DNA of 64,000 nucleotides. It comes from a virus. The notes beneath the pieces were generated by a model. The model made no database searches and was not told the origin of the DNA. It was given only the letters and a program-made list of their open reading frames with translations. This document shows positions 50,501 to 62,100 of the stretch, in pieces. Location of the stretch: IMG/VR virus record IMGVR_UViG_3300045988_011313, positions 33,768-97,767 of that record. One strand, written 5' to 3'. Both the position numbers and the translations under genes were made by a program. Positions within the stretch are counted from its first letter, which is position 1. Every line of letters starts with the position of its first letter.

Positions 50501-51915
50501 AGAATGCCAATGTAATACTTGATGGTCTATTATCAGACAATCCTAACACTGGCACTCTAAGAGAAAGACTATTGTCTGCTCCTCTTCCCTTCTTACAGGC
50601 TTTCTATACTCTTGGTTTACAGAAAACAGAAGAAATGTTAGGGTCTTATTTCCCTCAATATACTGAATCATTCAGAGCTGTAATTGATGACCTTAGAGGC
50701 ATGACAAAGACTGGTAAGTTGAATGTAAAGACTATGAATAGTATTTATAATGACTTGCTTGCCTATATCATGTCAAAGAATGGATTCTTTGGTTCTGAAT
50801 TGATTGTAAACCCTAACTCAGAAGTAGGTGATATTATTGTGACTTCCTCTGACAAGAGAAAGGATTTCATCAATAACTTCCCTGAATACTTCAAGAGAGT
50901 GGTTACAGATAATGAGGATATAGCTGACCTTGAATTTATTAAGAGGCTTAAGGTAATTAGGGCAAATGACAATAATCCTGTTAGCACAGTAGTGTTCAAG
51001 AATGTTGGTCAATTAAGTCCTACTTTGAGAGAAAGATATATGAGAGATTGGGCATCTCTATTATATATGAGTAACCCAGAAGCTCAGAAGCTTGCTCTTA
51101 ATCTATTCAGATATAGCTATTATAGAAATGGCTTTGCATTTGGACCTTCAACCTTCATCCATTTGGCACCTGTGGCAGTGAGAAATGCTATCCCAGAGTA
51201 CATAAGTACATTGAGGACTCTCTTATCATCAAGTGATGACTATAGTCAATTTGTAGACCAGTATGTCTATAACCACTTGGATAATAGAAAGTTGGTTCCT
51301 GAAATCCCTGATACAGCCTCTGTCCAGTTCATAGGAGAGGATAATGAAGTTAAGAATGAAGTTACATTTGTAATTGATGATAATGCTACCTTTGGAGATA
51401 AGAAAGTTATCAAGAAAAGGATAGATACTCCTGATGGTCCTGCCTATGACTTCTTTAAGTATATAGGTAAGAGAATCAGAGGAAAATATATTTATTACAA
51501 ACTGGCTTCATTAGGTACTGAACAAACTAATGTTGCAACCTATGAAAGGATTGAACCATTAGGTTTCAGAAACAGCTTCATTGAATATGAGTATGGTAAG
51601 GATGTAGAGGAGATGGAAACTGTAATTGATAAGAATAGGAAAGATTATGACCCTTATGCAGATATATTGTCAAGATTTGACCCTGGAGATGCAGAAGTTG
51701 ATTATGATTCTATGCCTGATTATCTAGATACACCCCAAGAGTACTGGGATTCTATTCCACAAGTAGATACTGATGCTTTCCAACAAGTATATGGTACTCC
51801 TCTTGATACTTCTGCTCCTAAGGCTGATGATATAACAGCTATTCAGCCTAATACAGAGTATAAGGATGAGAATGGTGATAATATTTGTGGTGCTCCAACA
51901 TTATATAGTTTATAA
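44566..51915 (+). CDS. giant virion-packaged RNA polymerase-like protein (crAss-like vRNAP type, 2449 aa)
   Basis: The size and the metal-binding-type motif LSGSDFDVDKMYIM (DxDxD, cf. NADFDGD of multisubunit RNAPs) fit. So does the position after the replication module, as in crAss-like phages. Confidence 0.65.
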   Translation: MSCLIITPEIRELAKKFPNETEQSVLNLVGLWQEKNNKSIEDIPLGSELNDFIKELRSSEATEQLDEALSSSFDTPRVTSVEEQQKVDLLFDPKTRRDRVTLIARFFSNEVDDALQEMTDSLKGRIDDASGVEKEELQAELNSLDRFSAIKKYTPAGIFKRVANIFNSYVQDTEEGRIQQELNAINSMRGADKFSDEQKLEAAKKKAAYKNQEYKKIVDDPSVYKALAEEASTLLVMTEGIRIDPNYIAPADVNLNDDDPDGNSEVDNEAEDWRQEEAYKDGWMTNFRQVSSHESLSQAVRKVIRQVPKLDYRGKYEKDDLGFTRYLDADYVHATFIDKLRNMINSDDMLPLMQDLQRIKPWVKQVTKLLQGNETLFSQFYQDFRKDFMPYWIQKKKMMPDGTFKMETIAINKPEGVYYLLDAWRDNYENGVQLDDDSVYEKNGEINKDNAAKGLQWTETLNNMFQNLDTESRLQLLEREDVWNTIMKLLHMLGIDANPSVLKTALTDIKTVPGITFTDPIMLLLPQLNIIFSGIKKGEIKSETKEDGAEKRGDLINTFGSAYNMIASMMAEVTEDAIESSVRENDKSYYSHVTPNYLGKLIKNLKNAMNDKERFEQFMQTEFKDYEWFFKDGHWRNDWLRQLAESDELRRGLNHKVVLNSDKVDYTNWDDLDYTLALLTEYWGDPDSAKSSIKYAWYHVPILSDSPSAEFIRFRKYTTGDVLDEDGKKRTYDDVILDKLVDLVNQEYDRIMLVRERDEAYQRGDKGVEPIANYDIVRKENGSIKSMGGAEFKFLPALNNLRYDNGETFIDRLSRLKSKGTGAELRNFLRTTLNDMMEDGFEQTYRDWMRVGLLDELPNGKYKYLPFEGQSKQNAITAKALIKAKDALGSLWNTNMELMLRAYNNNSAFDSREANSLMEQIKALLTDKATRGEMELKDAQSISRSLFVKNNTKDALREYYWNSKLATSQIIQLTTTDLAFYKNLEDFQKRYKEVHAPALRLNTKATYKGERIGRDWERTIYLKDDEIISSVLEDIKTVLDERVRRNEMTKIDRDNIISKFRNVNVADAQAYRSLSSYRAILGMSGQWTDDMEQAYNNFKNGDWNIKDFNIIWQTKKPYVYTQVNNNSGIEGHTGIKTPVQHKNSEFLLLAMHELIAGPLGGSSKLKAINKFMEDNQIDVVQFESTTKVGKQGVIDLNDVNTEADVIQRLKDATGIGFGNENPNVVHKVSYEDYGIQTATPEHAIDAVQLVGTQIRKLITADISDDTIIEVDGKKMTKKEWLDLYNAINTENILQAFADVDEIFKDPKKVEEILLEEIRGNQRYGMDMMRACTLDENNNFNIPLFDPVQSQRVQTLLNSVIKSRITKQKIRGGALIQVSDYGLTDELHVVFEGEGANKRIKYLECYMPAYSREFYEPLMDPNTHQLDVTKLPEDLRKLIGYRVPTEDKYSMAPLYIKGFLPQQNGSAIMLPAEITTLSGSDFDVDKMYIMLPEFNIKKLYNIKGAWDDFYLNNPDIVDEIDRNLGEALAQFIKEQTEDWDEAAGLDDIADLTEEFNEWLKKEGIKRYKFSETAQKKFSEWFKTNKKNYFIREKIEKIKYDFNKSPQENSLKARNNLLIDMMYGVLTNADTASKILNPGGFDYQKKSARIMTILNDSYESDLAQALKDMGIELNKTVQKGGKSYPKSIASYLFDLDLDTLDKLAEKTKVKMDPLSPRTQVMLHQQNMTGAKLIGIYANHNANHALMQHTQLALDEENGSFILNGKRLTSLHDIMNGDKEFISKNNAGFLAASVDNVKDPVLAALNQNTFTADASMLLSRLGYNPIEIGLLMMQPIVQEITQTYFRESREGKGKDTIIDEVLDKYKEKAAINNDLTYDNYKNNSFYIEELADNIMLAKEAVTDRTQTSDFRKIEFYQKQVAVGYLFKRIMNSADALGQLVQATRSDTQGGAAGPTIADTELKMQKVKDLLDQIENNSKFPLKNANVILDGLLSDNPNTGTLRERLLSAPLPFLQAFYTLGLQKTEEMLGSYFPQYTESFRAVIDDLRGMTKTGKLNVKTMNSIYNDLLAYIMSKNGFFGSELIVNPNSEVGDIIVTSSDKRKDFINNFPEYFKRVVTDNEDIADLEFIKRLKVIRANDNNPVSTVVFKNVGQLSPTLRERYMRDWASLLYMSNPEAQKLALNLFRYSYYRNGFAFGPSTFIHLAPVAVRNAIPEYISTLRTLLSSSDDYSQFVDQYVYNHLDNRKLVPEIPDTASVQFIGEDNEVKNEVTFVIDDNATFGDKKVIKKRIDTPDGPAYDFFKYIGKRIRGKYIYYKLASLGTEQTNVATYERIEPLGFRNSFIEYEYGKDVEEMETVIDKNRKDYDPYADILSRFDPGDAEVDYDSMPDYLDTPQEYWDSIPQVDTDAFQQVYGTPLDTSAPKADDITAIQPNTEYKDENGDNICGAPTLYSL

Positions 51916-51918
51916 GAT

Positions 51919-54900
51919 ATGGCAAGAAGTTGTGCAATTATTCCAAAAGTGAAGAATAGAAATGGTCAGGTAGTGGACAGCAAGTTATTCAAGGACTTGC
52001 TGTCCTTCACCTCTAACAATAGAAGTGAAACTACAAGACTGTATCTTATCACAAAAAGCAGTCAGTTTATAAAGGACTGGCAACCAAGATTAACATTAGA
52101 TGAAAACAATGAACCTACATTGAGAAGTTTGCTAAAGCAGACTAATCTTAGTAAGGTCATTCCAGAGACTAAGGTGCTTGAAAGGCTCAATAGAGAAATA
52201 GGGTACTATAAGAAGGGGATGGACAGACCAGCCTTATGGGTAAACAATGATGAGAATTATCAGAAGTTGAAACAGAAGGCTATAGCCTTTAATCAGAACT
52301 CAGAGTATAGAGATGATTATGTGGCTAATATAGTTAAGATTCAAGACAGTGAATCCCCAAGAGTATTCATTGGAGTAAAGGTTGAAAAAAGAAACAGGCT
52401 TAACTCTATTAATGCAGATAAGATGGAATACAATGAAAACCTTAATAACAGGTTGAGAGGTATTCTTGAATCTCATGGAATAGGGATAGGTGCTTTGACT
52501 GACCTTGAAAAGAGAATGGGTATTCATGGTGTAACTGACTTTGATGTTGCAAGAAATGCAGCAAGTGGTCTTGTTGAAATGATTAGGCTTGCTAATGGTA
52601 TTCAAGGTGAAAGAGCACTTCCTGAGGAATTTGCACACTTTGCCATTGAAGCTATGGGAGATAATCCACTCATCACAAGACTTATCAATAACATATCTTC
52701 CAATGGATTGGCAAGAGAAATTATAGGTGAGGACTATGATACCTATGATACTTTATATCATAGTGATGAGGCTAAGTTGGCAAAGGAAGCTGCGGGTAAA
52801 TTACTTGCAAAACATCTCCTTCAAGGAGAGAAAGTCCCATCTGCTCCTTACAGTAATCTGCTGCAAAGAGTAATTCAAGCAGTTAAGAATTTCTTTAAGA
52901 ACATTAGTGCAAGTCCTATACAAAGAGCTATGAAGGAAGCTGATAAGAACTTTGGTTCCTTAGCCCAGCAAATCCTTGATGGTAGTATGGATGAGGCTAT
53001 TGACATTAGCAATATTACTTCAAGTGGGGTGTTTTATAATACCTCAGAGAGAGTGGCAAGGGATAAAAAGCTGCTTCAAGGAATCATTGAGAATGAGTTG
53101 AAGAGATTAAAGATTTATGAAAAGAGAAATCCTAATAGCAGGTTTAGTGCTAACCAAAGGTTACTCATTGATAGATTGGATATTGAATTAGCTGACAACA
53201 ATGAGATTGAAGGTATTTATACTTTTGTTGAAAATGCTCTTGAAGAATTAACCAAGGTAAGTGATAGGCTTACTATGTTGCAGAATACTCCTGCTACTAA
53301 TGTCAATGAGAGGGCTGGTGTCCTAAGAGATGTCAGAAACTACTTGTATAGTTACAAGCATATTACTGATGATATTAGGAAGGCTCTTATTGATGAAGAG
53401 AGGCATGCAGACAATAGATATGGTCAAAGAGTAAGAGTTGTGTTAGACAATACAACTACACTACTTGGAGACTTGTTTGTTAGATACAACAATGTAGCAA
53501 TGCCCCTTTTTGTTGATTTCATTAAGCCTTTTGTAGGAGAGAGTATAACTGTTCCCTTTGGTAAGTTCAAGGGTAAGACTATGACTGCTGAAGACTTGGT
53601 GAAAGTAGCTGATAAGGACATATCTTTCTTTGACAGGTGGCTTGACTCTATGGCAGACTCTTCAGATTATATGCTGAAAGTTATGGACCAAGCTGTCAAG
53701 AAGAGTAAAGAAAATGCAAGGTTGGAGACTATCAATGTTATGAAGGAGCTTCAAGCTGCTACCATTAAGTTAGAGCAAGCTGGAATTAAGAACACTGATT
53801 GGATGTTTGAAAGAGATAGTAAAGGTAATCTTACAGGTAATTATATTTCTGAGATTAACCAAGGTCTATTCAAGGAGAAAGTCAGAGAAATGTTCAAGTC
53901 TCTCAATGAAAAGTATGGCAAGAATCCTGTAGGAGAAAATGCAGAGAAGTACAGAAAAGAGAGACAAGCTTGGTTTGATGCTAATATGGAAGTAGTCAAT
54001 GGAAAGAAGCAACCTAAAGTATCAATCTATGGCAATAAGGCTTATCAGAATTTGAATCCTGCCCAAAAAGAATACTACAATAGGATTATGGAGATAAAAG
54101 CCAAGCTGGATTCATATCTTCCTGACAAGTACACTACCTTAACTAATGCAGTTAAAATCAGAAAGGATTTACTTGAAAGGGTAAAGGCATCCGATGGTGT
54201 AAGGTCAGGCAGTACACAAGTATGGGAAGCTGTTAAAGACCAATTTATTAGAAGAACAGATGACACTGAGTTTGGAGATAGGGCTACAGTAAAGGACTTT
54301 GAAGGTAAAGAGGTACAAGTACTTCCTATCTACTATACCAAGATGAAAGAGGGTGAAAGTCCTAATGACCTATCTACTGATATAGTATCTACTCTCACAG
54401 CTTATGCAGCTATGGCTAATGACTTCAATGAAATGAATAAAGTAATTGATGTTCTTGAGCTTGGTAGAGACATGCTGAAAGAAAGGGAGATTATACAGAC
54501 AAGGGGTGGTAAACCACTGGTTGAGAAGTTCAAGTCTGTAGGTAGGAAAGTTGAATCTACTCTCACTAAGTCTGGTGATGAAACAAGGTTCATGCAGAGA
54601 TTGAATGACTTCTTTGAAATGCAAGTCTATGGTAGGTATATGGCTGATGAGGGTACATTTGGTAATACCAAGATTGATAAAGGAAAGGTAGCTAACTTTG
54701 TTAATAGAATTACTTCTCTTAATATGTTAGGTCTAAACCTGTTAAGTGGTATATCAAATGTTACTACTGGTAAAATTATGATGAGAATTGAGTCCTTTGC
54801 AGGTGAGTTCTATAATGAATCTAATACCTTAATAGCTGATAGGAATTATGGTAAAGCATTACCAGAGTACTTAGCTGAGATAGGTAACAGAGTCAAGACA

Positions 54901-55974
54901 AGTAAACTTGCTTTATGGGATGAGTTATTCAATGTAATGCAGGAGTATGAAACTGATGTCAGAGAGGTAAACTTTGATAGAAAGACTTGGTTCAGTAGAA
55001 TGTTTGGTACCTCTGCTTTATTCCTTATGAATAATGCTGGTGAGCATTGGATGCAGAATAGAACTTCATTAGCACTTGCAGATGCTTATAAGATGAAAGC
55101 TCCTGATGGTAAAATAGTTTCCTTATGGGATGCTATGGAGGTGATTCCTATAGATAAGAACAACAAGAAGTTAGGTGCTAAGTTGCAGTTAAAGCAAGGT
55201 TATACTAAGGAAGATGGCTCTGCATTTACAAGGGATGATATTATAGCATTTAGTAGAAAATCTGCTGCTATAAATCAGAGAATGCACGGTATTTACAATA
55301 AGGCTGATAGAAGTGCAGTGCAAAGATTGGCTGTAGGTAGAATGGGTGTTATGTTCAGAAAGTGGATAAAGCCATCACTTAATAGGAGATTTAAGTCTGC
55401 TACATATAACTATGATTTGCAAGCATGGACGGAAGGTTATTATAATACTACAGGAAGATTTATGTGGCAATTAGCTAAAGAGTTGAAGGAAGGTCAGTTT
55501 GCAATAGCTGCTAATTGGAATAATCTTACAAAGACAGAAAAAGCCAATATTAAAAGAGCTGCTACTGAAGTAGGTCACTTCTTAATTATTGCTGCATTCT
55601 TGGGTCTCATGGATTGGGATGATAATAAGGATAGACCTTGGTTACAGAAGATGATTGAGTATCAAGCAAGAAGACTTTATACTGAAATTGGTACTCAGGT
55701 TCCAGGTCCTCAAATGGTAGGAGAAGCTCTTAAAATCTTGAAATCTCCTGCTGCTGGTATTAATACTGTAGAGAGTGTTTTGGATATGGTAGGGCTACTG
55801 AATCCTATGAATTATGAAACTTTTGCAGGTGAAGATGCTATTATTCAGTCAGGTAGGTTTAAAGGTGATTCAAGAGCAACTAAGTTATGGTTTGAATCTC
55901 CATTAATTCCTATGAATAAGACTATATATAGAGGTTTACACCCAGAAGAAAGTATTCCATTTTTTAAACAATAA
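51919..55974 (+). CDS. large protein (1351 aa) co-transcribed with the vRNAP-like gene
   Basis: 3-nt gap to the upstream gene. The C-terminal region has a hydrophobic helix, VGHFLIIAAFLGLMDW. No catalytic motif recognised. Confidence 0.7.
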   Translation: MARSCAIIPKVKNRNGQVVDSKLFKDLLSFTSNNRSETTRLYLITKSSQFIKDWQPRLTLDENNEPTLRSLLKQTNLSKVIPETKVLERLNREIGYYKKGMDRPALWVNNDENYQKLKQKAIAFNQNSEYRDDYVANIVKIQDSESPRVFIGVKVEKRNRLNSINADKMEYNENLNNRLRGILESHGIGIGALTDLEKRMGIHGVTDFDVARNAASGLVEMIRLANGIQGERALPEEFAHFAIEAMGDNPLITRLINNISSNGLAREIIGEDYDTYDTLYHSDEAKLAKEAAGKLLAKHLLQGEKVPSAPYSNLLQRVIQAVKNFFKNISASPIQRAMKEADKNFGSLAQQILDGSMDEAIDISNITSSGVFYNTSERVARDKKLLQGIIENELKRLKIYEKRNPNSRFSANQRLLIDRLDIELADNNEIEGIYTFVENALEELTKVSDRLTMLQNTPATNVNERAGVLRDVRNYLYSYKHITDDIRKALIDEERHADNRYGQRVRVVLDNTTTLLGDLFVRYNNVAMPLFVDFIKPFVGESITVPFGKFKGKTMTAEDLVKVADKDISFFDRWLDSMADSSDYMLKVMDQAVKKSKENARLETINVMKELQAATIKLEQAGIKNTDWMFERDSKGNLTGNYISEINQGLFKEKVREMFKSLNEKYGKNPVGENAEKYRKERQAWFDANMEVVNGKKQPKVSIYGNKAYQNLNPAQKEYYNRIMEIKAKLDSYLPDKYTTLTNAVKIRKDLLERVKASDGVRSGSTQVWEAVKDQFIRRTDDTEFGDRATVKDFEGKEVQVLPIYYTKMKEGESPNDLSTDIVSTLTAYAAMANDFNEMNKVIDVLELGRDMLKEREIIQTRGGKPLVEKFKSVGRKVESTLTKSGDETRFMQRLNDFFEMQVYGRYMADEGTFGNTKIDKGKVANFVNRITSLNMLGLNLLSGISNVTTGKIMMRIESFAGEFYNESNTLIADRNYGKALPEYLAEIGNRVKTSKLALWDELFNVMQEYETDVREVNFDRKTWFSRMFGTSALFLMNNAGEHWMQNRTSLALADAYKMKAPDGKIVSLWDAMEVIPIDKNNKKLGAKLQLKQGYTKEDGSAFTRDDIIAFSRKSAAINQRMHGIYNKADRSAVQRLAVGRMGVMFRKWIKPSLNRRFKSATYNYDLQAWTEGYYNTTGRFMWQLAKELKEGQFAIAANWNNLTKTEKANIKRAATEVGHFLIIAAFLGLMDWDDNKDRPWLQKMIEYQARRLYTEIGTQVPGPQMVGEALKILKSPAAGINTVESVLDMVGLLNPMNYETFAGEDAIIQSGRFKGDSRATKLWFESPLIPMNKTIYRGLHPEESIPFFKQ

Positions 55975-56058
55975 TATTATGTTTATACATGTGCTTATTG
56001 TACCATTAATAAGTATTTTAATTCTTGGTATATTTTACAATGATTAGTTAATAATGTG

Positions 56059-56107
56059 AAGGGGAGTGAGTAGATTAAGTTCTACTCCTCCCCTTATTTT
56101 TTTTTTA
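56059..56107 (+). terminator. rho-independent terminator (plus strand)
   Basis: AAGGGGAGTGAGTAGA-ttaagt-TCTACTCCTCCCCTT followed by a run of T. Confidence 0.75.
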
Positions 56108-56110
56108 TTT

Positions 56111-56150
56111 CCTACAAAATAAAAGGGAAGTAACATTTCTGTTACCTCCC
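56111..56150 (-). terminator. rho-independent terminator (minus strand)
   Basis: GGGAAGTAACA-tttc-TGTTACCTCCC. On the minus strand it is followed by TTTTATTTTGT. It lies 25 nt downstream of the stop at 56175. Confidence 0.65.
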
Positions 56151-56174
56151 TAATAAAAAATTTCATCCTACTGA

Positions 56175-59100
56175 CTAAAAGGCTATACATTTAACAGCTT
56201 GGTTTCTCTCTTCTTGAGAGATTGAATCAAACTTTTCTTCTGTCCAACCTTTCTTCAATAGATTTTCCTGCATCCCTGTATCTAAAGACTCAAAAGAAGA
56301 ATTAGGTACTTCTCTATATCTAATATCATCATTAGTTCTGGAGAATATTCCTACATTGTCTATAGCTGACTTAATTTGATTAGGATTAAATACTATTCTT
56401 ACATCTTGTCTAACAGTTGGTCCATCTATTACATTATTAAACAATACAGAGTCATATCCTTGTTCCTTAGCTTCTTTTATAATTTGTTCTCTAGTTATAT
56501 ACTCTTTATCAGAAACCTTGATAATATAAGGATTTTTAGAATTAAGGAAAACGTCATAAACACTAGATTTATATTCATTTCCTATATGAAATAGAAGTTT
56601 TAAATTTCCTAATGCACTACCTGTTTCTTTTGAGTAATAATCTTTAGCTATTTTTCTTTTATTTGTAAAATAGAAACCAGACTTATCACCACTCATAGAC
56701 CCTATCTTACCAAGTTTAAAAGCATTAAATTGTTTAGCACTTCCATGATAAACAACTAAAGGTTCACCATTTTCATCAACTACTTTAGAAGCCTCATTAG
56801 GATTATTTTCCCAGTCCCCAAACCAATCCTTAAAGGCTTTAGTTCTTACTTGGGCATATTGTCTTTCAGTAAGATTAGACTTTTTACCATTAGGGGCTAA
56901 TAAATTACCTTCTGAATCTCTCTTAGCATTAGCAAGAATATCTTGCATTTCTTTAAAGTATTCTTCTTGTCTTGCTTTAGCTTGACTAAGTGTTTCTACA
57001 GGTAATTCTCTATTACTATATTCTCCCCTGTTTATCATTTGGTAATATGCAGTAAGGTGAGGTCTAACACTATTCCAATTAGTTACTTTAATCCATAAGT
57101 CTTTAAAGAAGTTCTTAATTTTACCTAATAATCCAGCATTTTGTCTAGTAGTAACATACTCTCTGAATCCTTCTGCCATATCTTCCTCAAGAGAAAGATT
57201 GTCTTTTTCACCATATAATTTCCTTGCTTCATCATATAGTGCCTGTCTTTCATCATTGTCAAGAAGGAGATTAAATACAGCATGGAAAGCTTCATGGTAT
57301 GCAGTACCCTCAGCAGCTATGTTAGACAATGTGATTACACCTTTATCAAATTGACCCCAAGCTAAGGTACCTCTTTTGCCTACTTTAATAAGACCTTTTA
57401 CTATTTTTACCCTATCTTGTTCACTTAGTTGAGGCAAGACTTTATTTAGCCATTTAAGTTCCTTTTCTTGATTCCATACAGGAGTTTCTGTAGTATCCTT
57501 TGCCTTTCTTAAAGTAAGTACATCCTCAAACTCTTCATCACTGTCATTTATTGCCTGTTCCTTTTGAGCAGTATAGGCAGCACCTGTCTGGGTATTACCT
57601 TGATTAATAGTTGCAGGAGTCTCTACAGTAGTAATAGGAGTAGCACTTACAGTAGGTACTGCATCAGGGTCAAACAATATAGTCTTTTCTGATGCTAAGT
57701 CTCTCATTCTTTGAGGATTACCTAATAAGGTTTTTCTAATGGAATCCTCAACTTGAGACTCACTCATACCTCCTTGTACAGGATTATTCCTTATAAGTAA
57801 GAATGTTTTACCATTAGGAAATACTGCATAGTAATTATTTGAAGCTACATGAGCTGCTTCTCCCTGTCTGCCAAATCCCTTGGTTATATTAGGAACCTTG
57901 GTTATATGGACATCTACTTCTGTAATACCTGCAATAGGAGTTAAATATCCTTTATGTAACTTACCATCCAACTCAAAGTAGCCTACCCCCTCATCAGCAT
58001 TATTCATACTGTGTTCAGGAGTTAAGTCCTCAATAGGATTCTGTGTCTCTAATGAAGTCTCAAAGATAGGTAATACTGTCTGAGCTTGTGCTGGAGTAGC
58101 AGGAGTTTCTGTAGATTTATTTACCTTAACTGCACTTGCTAAAGGCACATTAACAGCAGGATTATATGTAATAGGAATACCCTTTTCACTTTGTACTGCT
58201 GATACTTTCTCCTTATTATAACTCAATACAAATGGCATTACAGCTAACTTAGTAACTGGTACACCATACTGAGATTCAAATAGGTTCTTATAGGCAGAAA
58301 GTTGTAAAGTATAGTAATCCTTTGCACTCATTCTTTGAGTAGCAGATGGAGTAGTAAAGTAATTAACCTTATGTCCATATATGTCTGTAAAGTCATAGAA
58401 GCTGTATCTACTTGTCTTTACATCATAGATTCTAAAATTACCATCCTTGTCAATAGAAAGAATATCAACCTCACCTGCAACTCTTGTACCATCAGAATAT
58501 TTTTGGAACAATACAATATTATCAGCAAGGAATCTTTCTCCCATTTGCTCCATATTTGACTTAATCCTATTAAGAGTAGTAATCAAATCTATAAAAGCAT
58601 TTTCTGACATATTAGATGGTCTTACTATCTTAGATACATCTCTTATAGTAAAGTACTGTCTAATAATACTATCTACTGCTGAGCCAGCATCAAGTGCTCT
58701 TTGTGAGTTAGTACCAGACATTTTGTCTCTTACTATATTCACAATAGTGTCTCTACTCTTAGCATCAGTCTTTCCTCTGTAAGCAGTCAAGTCTACTTTG
58801 AACTTGTTCTCCAAGTATTTTAAGTAGTTCTCATACTGAGTAGGATTATCTACAAACTTGCTAAGATTAAGTCTTGCTAATTCAAGAGCCTTTGTTTGCT
58901 TGTCAGATTCTACCCAATTAGAGCCTAATCTACTATGCACTCTACTATATTGGTGGTATTCACCATCATCCTCAAGTACATAATAAAACTCACCATCAGT
59001 TTTTGTCTTATCTACCCTCTTCTGATTCTCATATATTTCACTGATAACCTCCTTAGACTTGGCAACTCTATCCTCTTTTTCCTTCTTTCTACCTGCAATA

Positions 59101-62100
59101 GCATCCTTTACATCTTGTGCATCCTGACCACTGAGATATACTTGCTTACTTCTGTCAAGTACCTTACCATCAGGAGTAAGAACTTTGTTATCTACCATCA
59201 TTGATGATGCTGTAGCATCCCCAAAGTTATCTTGTGCCCAAGCTAAATCAAATAATAATTTTGTTGAATATTCATTAATAATGACAGTTTTGCCTTGATT
59301 ATCCCTTATGGTGTGAGTAGATAAATCTACATATACTGGATATGTAAATCCTGCTGGCTGCATATAAATACCCTTTATAGCACCCTCAGTACCACCTACA
59401 GGAGTTTCTATCTTCCTCTTAGGTTGAGGAGCTACAGAAGCTGGACTTATAGCTTGATGCAGATTACCTTCATTATCAAAGTAGTCAGTTGTAAACCAAG
59501 TACTTCTTACTGAAGCCTCAGTAATATTTGAAGTAAGGATATTAGAGTTTATCAATCTATTGTTGTATGCACCTTCATTTATTCTCCTTGTACTGACTTG
59601 CAGAGGAAGATTGAACTTAACAAGGTGTCCGAGTATCTCATTGTATATATCCTCAGGATTCTTAGGAGTACCTAATGCACTTGTATCTCCCAAGTCTTCA
59701 AGAGCAGTTGCATCAAAGTTTATACCTCCAATCTCTGCACTCTTACTACTTGTAGAGAAATATACATCATACTTATCCTCCTTGATTTGCTCCTTTCCAT
59801 CAATGGTTACTTTCTCATAAGTACCATCTGGCTTTCTCACCTTCTTACTGATAACAATACCATCACCTGCCTTACTACTAAACCAAGTAACCATAATATC
59901 CTGCATATACAAGTCTTGTGCCAAGTCTTGCATAGCAGCAGATACATCATCCTGTGATGTAGCAGTTGATAACTTAGTAATGGCATTCTTTATATCTTCT
60001 CCAACAGGAGTAGAACTTACTGAACTGTCATTTAGATTGAACTCCTCATTATTGAAGTGCTTAACTCTTACAGCAGCAGGAGAATACTTACCAGCCCCAT
60101 TAGGTATAAGCAGATATAATCTACCTTCCTTTTGGCTCATATCCACTGGCTTGATGATAAGGCTGTCATCAATCTTACTATTAGTAGTAAGAACACCATT
60201 CTTTATAATACCAAAGATAGGCTTTCTATCAGTTGAAGATACATTAGGTATCTCAGATAGACTTCTCTCAGTATTACCGTAAGGAATCCTACCTACCATT
60301 ACCTTAGATACCTTTGTAACAGGTGTGGCAATGAACTTACCTTTAGTTGAAATACTTTTTGTTACATATTTATCTACAGCTTCTTTTTTTAAGGGTACTC
60401 TTAAATCTTTATTAATACTAAAATCAACAAAGACTCTTCCATCTTTTGTTATTATTATTTTCCTTATATCAGTGTTTGGTCTATTAGTAAACTGGTTAGT
60501 AAGTAAAGCAATAATAGTTTCTTTTCCTTCTTCTATTTCTTCTTTAGTTGCATTATTCTTAGTAACTACTGTACCATCTTGCCTCCTAGTTCCAGCAGCA
60601 TACTCTGCAAAGTCTATATCATCAAAGTCTAATTCTATAAATGCTTTTCCATCTTCTAGAGTTCTTATTTCTCCCTCTTGATGTCCTTTTGGGGCACCTT
60701 TAACATAAGTTAGTTTAGCAGAATAAGTTATAACAGTATTACCATTATTATCTATTTTCTTATGTGGAGTAACATTATAATTAGCCTCTCTAGTCCCTCT
60801 TTTTATATTAAAATTAAATCTATCTTCTGCTTGACTCTCATTACCAGATGGTTTTGAAGACTGAGAACCTCTCTCAGCATATTCCTTTCTTATCTTCTCT
60901 TCAAGACCCTTCAGACCCTCATACCTTGAAACACTGTAGTCAGATTCATCCAAACTACCTACTACTTGACCATTCCTTTTATCTATAATAAATATAGTGT
61001 GGTCATTGAATGAAGGGTCAATCATAAAGCCAAGTTCATCACCTGCTTTTAAGTTACCTTCATTTAGGTATCTAAATGCTCCACTATCTCTTAGATAACC
61101 ATAAATACCAGAGAAGTCTACACCCTTTTCTCTCTCACCTACTACAATATCAAATGGTCTGAAATCTCCTTCCTTGCTTGCCTCTATATGTAGTTCAGGT
61201 ATAGCAGGTCTATAGAATTGATTAGAAGTATCTCTACTTGGTCTTTGTGGAGTTTCTACCCTCTCATTGGCTTTCTTATTCTCCTCATTAACCATTTCAG
61301 CAGTTATATTGCCTACAGGCAGTTCTGTTGTAGGTAAGCCTTCACTACTTGTTACAGTAGGAGTAGTAGATGTACCACTATCTCCTGTAGTAGTTCTATC
61401 ATCACCTCTCACAGTCCCCTCTCTTTTTTCTACAGGCTTCTTATATTCAGGTGAGAATCTATCCTTAAATCTGTTGTCATTATTTACCTGAGACATAGCC
61501 TTCTGTAGCTCATATTGGGCTTCTTGGAATCTTGTTGCAGACAACTCAACATCTCCCTCAGAATCTTCATCAAAGGCATTTTCATTATTAATGTAAATTG
61601 AGTTAGGATTAGCTAACTGTTCAAGTTTTTCAGAGTTACTGAATTGGTCTTGAAGGAGTTTCATAGCATCTTGCTTAACTTGTGGTTCTGCATCTGACTC
61701 ATTAAGAACTCTCTTCACTTCATTGTTATATTGTGAAGTCTCTCTGTAGTTCTTAGCCATTTCACTACCTCCATCCTCAAGTTCTTTTAGAACTCTATCT
61801 CTATTCTCTGTATCATCTTGGGCATCTATTGTACTTCTAAACTCTTGCAAGTTCTGTGCAGCATTCAAAGATGCCTTCAAGTCATCAGACTTCTTCTTAG
61901 CCTCTTGTTGTGCAGCCTGCTCATCAGCTCTTGCATGGTCTTCTGCTTGCTTTTGAGGATTCTTGAGATACTCTTTTAACTTTGCATTATATGTCTTTGA
62001 GGCATTGCCTAACTTGACAATATCATTCAGCTTAGTTGTAATATCTGCTTTCTCATCTGCACTAAGTACAGTCTCATCTACCTCATTAATTTCCTTGATA

